Of a DNA stretch of 35,547 nucleotides, positions 34,263-35,547 are shown piece by piece. A program made the position numbers and the translations under genes. The DNA lies in contig CAZIFU010000263.1 in NCBI GenBank assembly GCA_964539075.1, forward strand, positions 1 to 35,547, given 5' to 3'. The stretch is from an uncultured Verrucomicrobiota bacterium. Lineage in GTDB: Bacteria; Verrucomicrobiota; Verrucomicrobiia; Limisphaerales; CAZIFU01. The notes beneath the pieces are model-generated. The model was not told the origin of the DNA, ran no database searches, and saw nothing but the letters and a program-made list of their open reading frames with translations. The stretch's first letter is position 1, and each line of letters opens with the position of its first letter.

Positions 34263-35547
34263 ATGATTAAAGCGCTCACCACCACTTTAAGCTTGCTCTG
34301 CTTGCTGGGGGCCGCCTCCCCGCTCGCCGCGCAACCCGACCCGGCCCGGAAGGCGGAGGAAGAAGCCGTGCGCCGGCAGGAGGCGATCCTCCAGGCGCAA
34401 CAATCGTTGGCCATGGCGCAGGCCACCCTGAAACAGGGCGACCTCTTCAAGGCCGCCAAACAATTCGAGGAAACCCTCGCCACGGTCCAGAAAGTCAGCG
34501 TCGGTCTCGAAAAAGAGCATGAACAGGCCGTGGCCGGGTTGGCGGCGGTGAACCTGCAACTGGCCCAAATGGCCCAGCGCCGGGGCGACTACACCGAAGC
34601 CAACAACCGCGTGGTGCGGATTTTGAAGGTGGACCCCCACAACGCCGCCGCCCTCAGCTTCAAAGTGGGCAACGATAAAATCATCGAGTCGCTCAGAGGC
34701 CGTCTACCCAGTCCCGAAGCCCAGGCGCAGGTGCCCGCCATAGCGGAGGAACAAATCCGCGTCAACACCCTGGTCCGCGACGGCAAGCTGCTCTATGAAA
34801 TGGGCAAACTGGACGAAGCGGAGGCCAAGCTCACGCAGGCCACCCGGGCGGACCCCGAAAACCGCGCCGCCTTCTATTATCTCAGCCTCATCCATGAGGC
34901 CCGTTACAGCCAGGAAGCCCGCAAGCGCGATGACTCCGCCAAACAGGCCATCGTGGAGGTGGAAAGAGCCTGGAATCCGCCCATCAAGCGCGACCTCCTG
35001 CCCGTGCCCAATCCCATGGCCAATCCCAACCTGGTTTATACCGGCAAAGGGCGGCAGACGATTTTCCAGAAATTGAGCCAGATCCAACTCAAGGAAGTGC
35101 AATTCGACGGCCTGCCCTTGAGCGAAGTCATCAAATACCTCAGTGATGAGGCCAAGAAACTCGACCCGGAAAAGCGCGGCATCAATTTCATCATCAACTC
35201 CAACGCCGATTCGCCCTCCGGCGCCCCGTCGGTCACCGTGGACCCGACCACCGGCGCGGCCATTCCCGTGCCTCCTGCCGAACCGGTGGACCTGAATATT
35301 GTCACCATCAAAATCATCCCGCCCATCAACGATGTCACCCTGGCCGAGGTGCTGGACGCGATTGCCAAAGTGGCGGACAAGCCGATCAAATACTCCGTGG
35401 AAGATTACGCTGTCGTGTTCACCCAGAAGAGGCCCGAAGCGGTCCAGATGTATTCGCGCCAGTGGCGGGTCAACCCGAACACTTTTATTCAAGGCTTGGA
35501 AAGCGTCTCCGGAATCTCTTTCGGGGCCTTGGACACCGGCAGCGGTG
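34263..35547 (+). CDS. Secretin (PilQ/GspD family), N-terminal part with a TPR-like region and STN domain; continues beyond the window
   Basis: ATG at 34263 with a GGAGA Shine-Dalgarno. Signal peptide LSLLCLLGAASPLAAQ. TPR-like helical region. The secretin/TonB short N-terminal (STN) region LKEVQFDGLPLSEVIKYLSDEAK...NFII is present. The frame is open to the window end. Confidence 0.75.
   Translation, partial: MIKALTTTLSLLCLLGAASPLAAQPDPARKAEEEAVRRQEAILQAQQSLAMAQATLKQGDLFKAAKQFEETLATVQKVSVGLEKEHEQAVAGLAAVNLQLAQMAQRRGDYTEANNRVVRILKVDPHNAAALSFKVGNDKIIESLRGRLPSPEAQAQVPAIAEEQIRVNTLVRDGKLLYEMGKLDEAEAKLTQATRADPENRAAFYYLSLIHEARYSQEARKRDDSAKQAIVEVERAWNPPIKRDLLPVPNPMANPNLVYTGKGRQTIFQKLSQIQLKEVQFDGLPLSEVIKYLSDEAKKLDPEKRGINFIINSNADSPSGAPSVTVDPTTGAAIPVPPAEPVDLNIVTIKIIPPINDVTLAEVLDAIAKVADKPIKYSVEDYAVVFTQKRPEAVQMYSRQWRVNPNTFIQGLESVSGISFGALDTGSG

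Noticed and set aside
1-35547. Looked for tRNA/rRNA genes, CRISPR arrays and integrase/transposase genes
   Set aside because: No spacer-repeat periodicity was seen anywhere. No intergenic region shows a cloverleaf-compatible GC-stem pattern or rRNA-like conservation. No ORF has recombinase or transposase motifs. The low-GC island therefore has no visible mobility gene in this window.

Overview
High-G+C bacterial chromosomal window, with gene content and protein motifs that look Verrucomicrobia/Planctomycetes-like. Most of it is ordinary core and membrane-transport genes. A (+) strand block carries pgk-tpiA-secG, followed by an opp/dpp-like binding-protein plus two-permease operon with no ATPase genes. 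A long (-) strand array carries an ABC-2 transporter, a P1B-type ATPase, hflK/hflC and an unusual polytopic-membrane::SPFH fusion. After these comes an exosortase (Xrt)-EpsI-sugar-transferase-UXS polysaccharide locus, and the window ends in a PilM/N-fusion, Amuc_1100-like and secretin pilus-type cluster. The best candidate for something undescribed is a visibly lower-G+C two-gene island at about 22.6-25.96 kb. It is wedged between an ABC-2 permease gene and the exosortase gene. Its first gene encodes a signal-peptide-bearing multidomain protein (Fn3/Ig-like domains plus a C-terminal caspase/gingipain-like 'FGHGG ... LDGC' His/Cys module), apparently frameshifted near its 5' end. Its second gene encodes a tandem-duplicated PepSY-like partner protein. 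The second candidate is a roughly 450-bp non-coding element with 28-bp terminal inverted repeats and dense internal hairpins, sitting inside an ABC-transporter operon spacer at 13509-13952. Three families of REP-like palindromic repeats and a G-rich heptamer tandem repeat are also present. Many long antisense ORFs in the supplied track are high-GC artefacts and were not called. All calls are from reading the sequence. No database searches were run.
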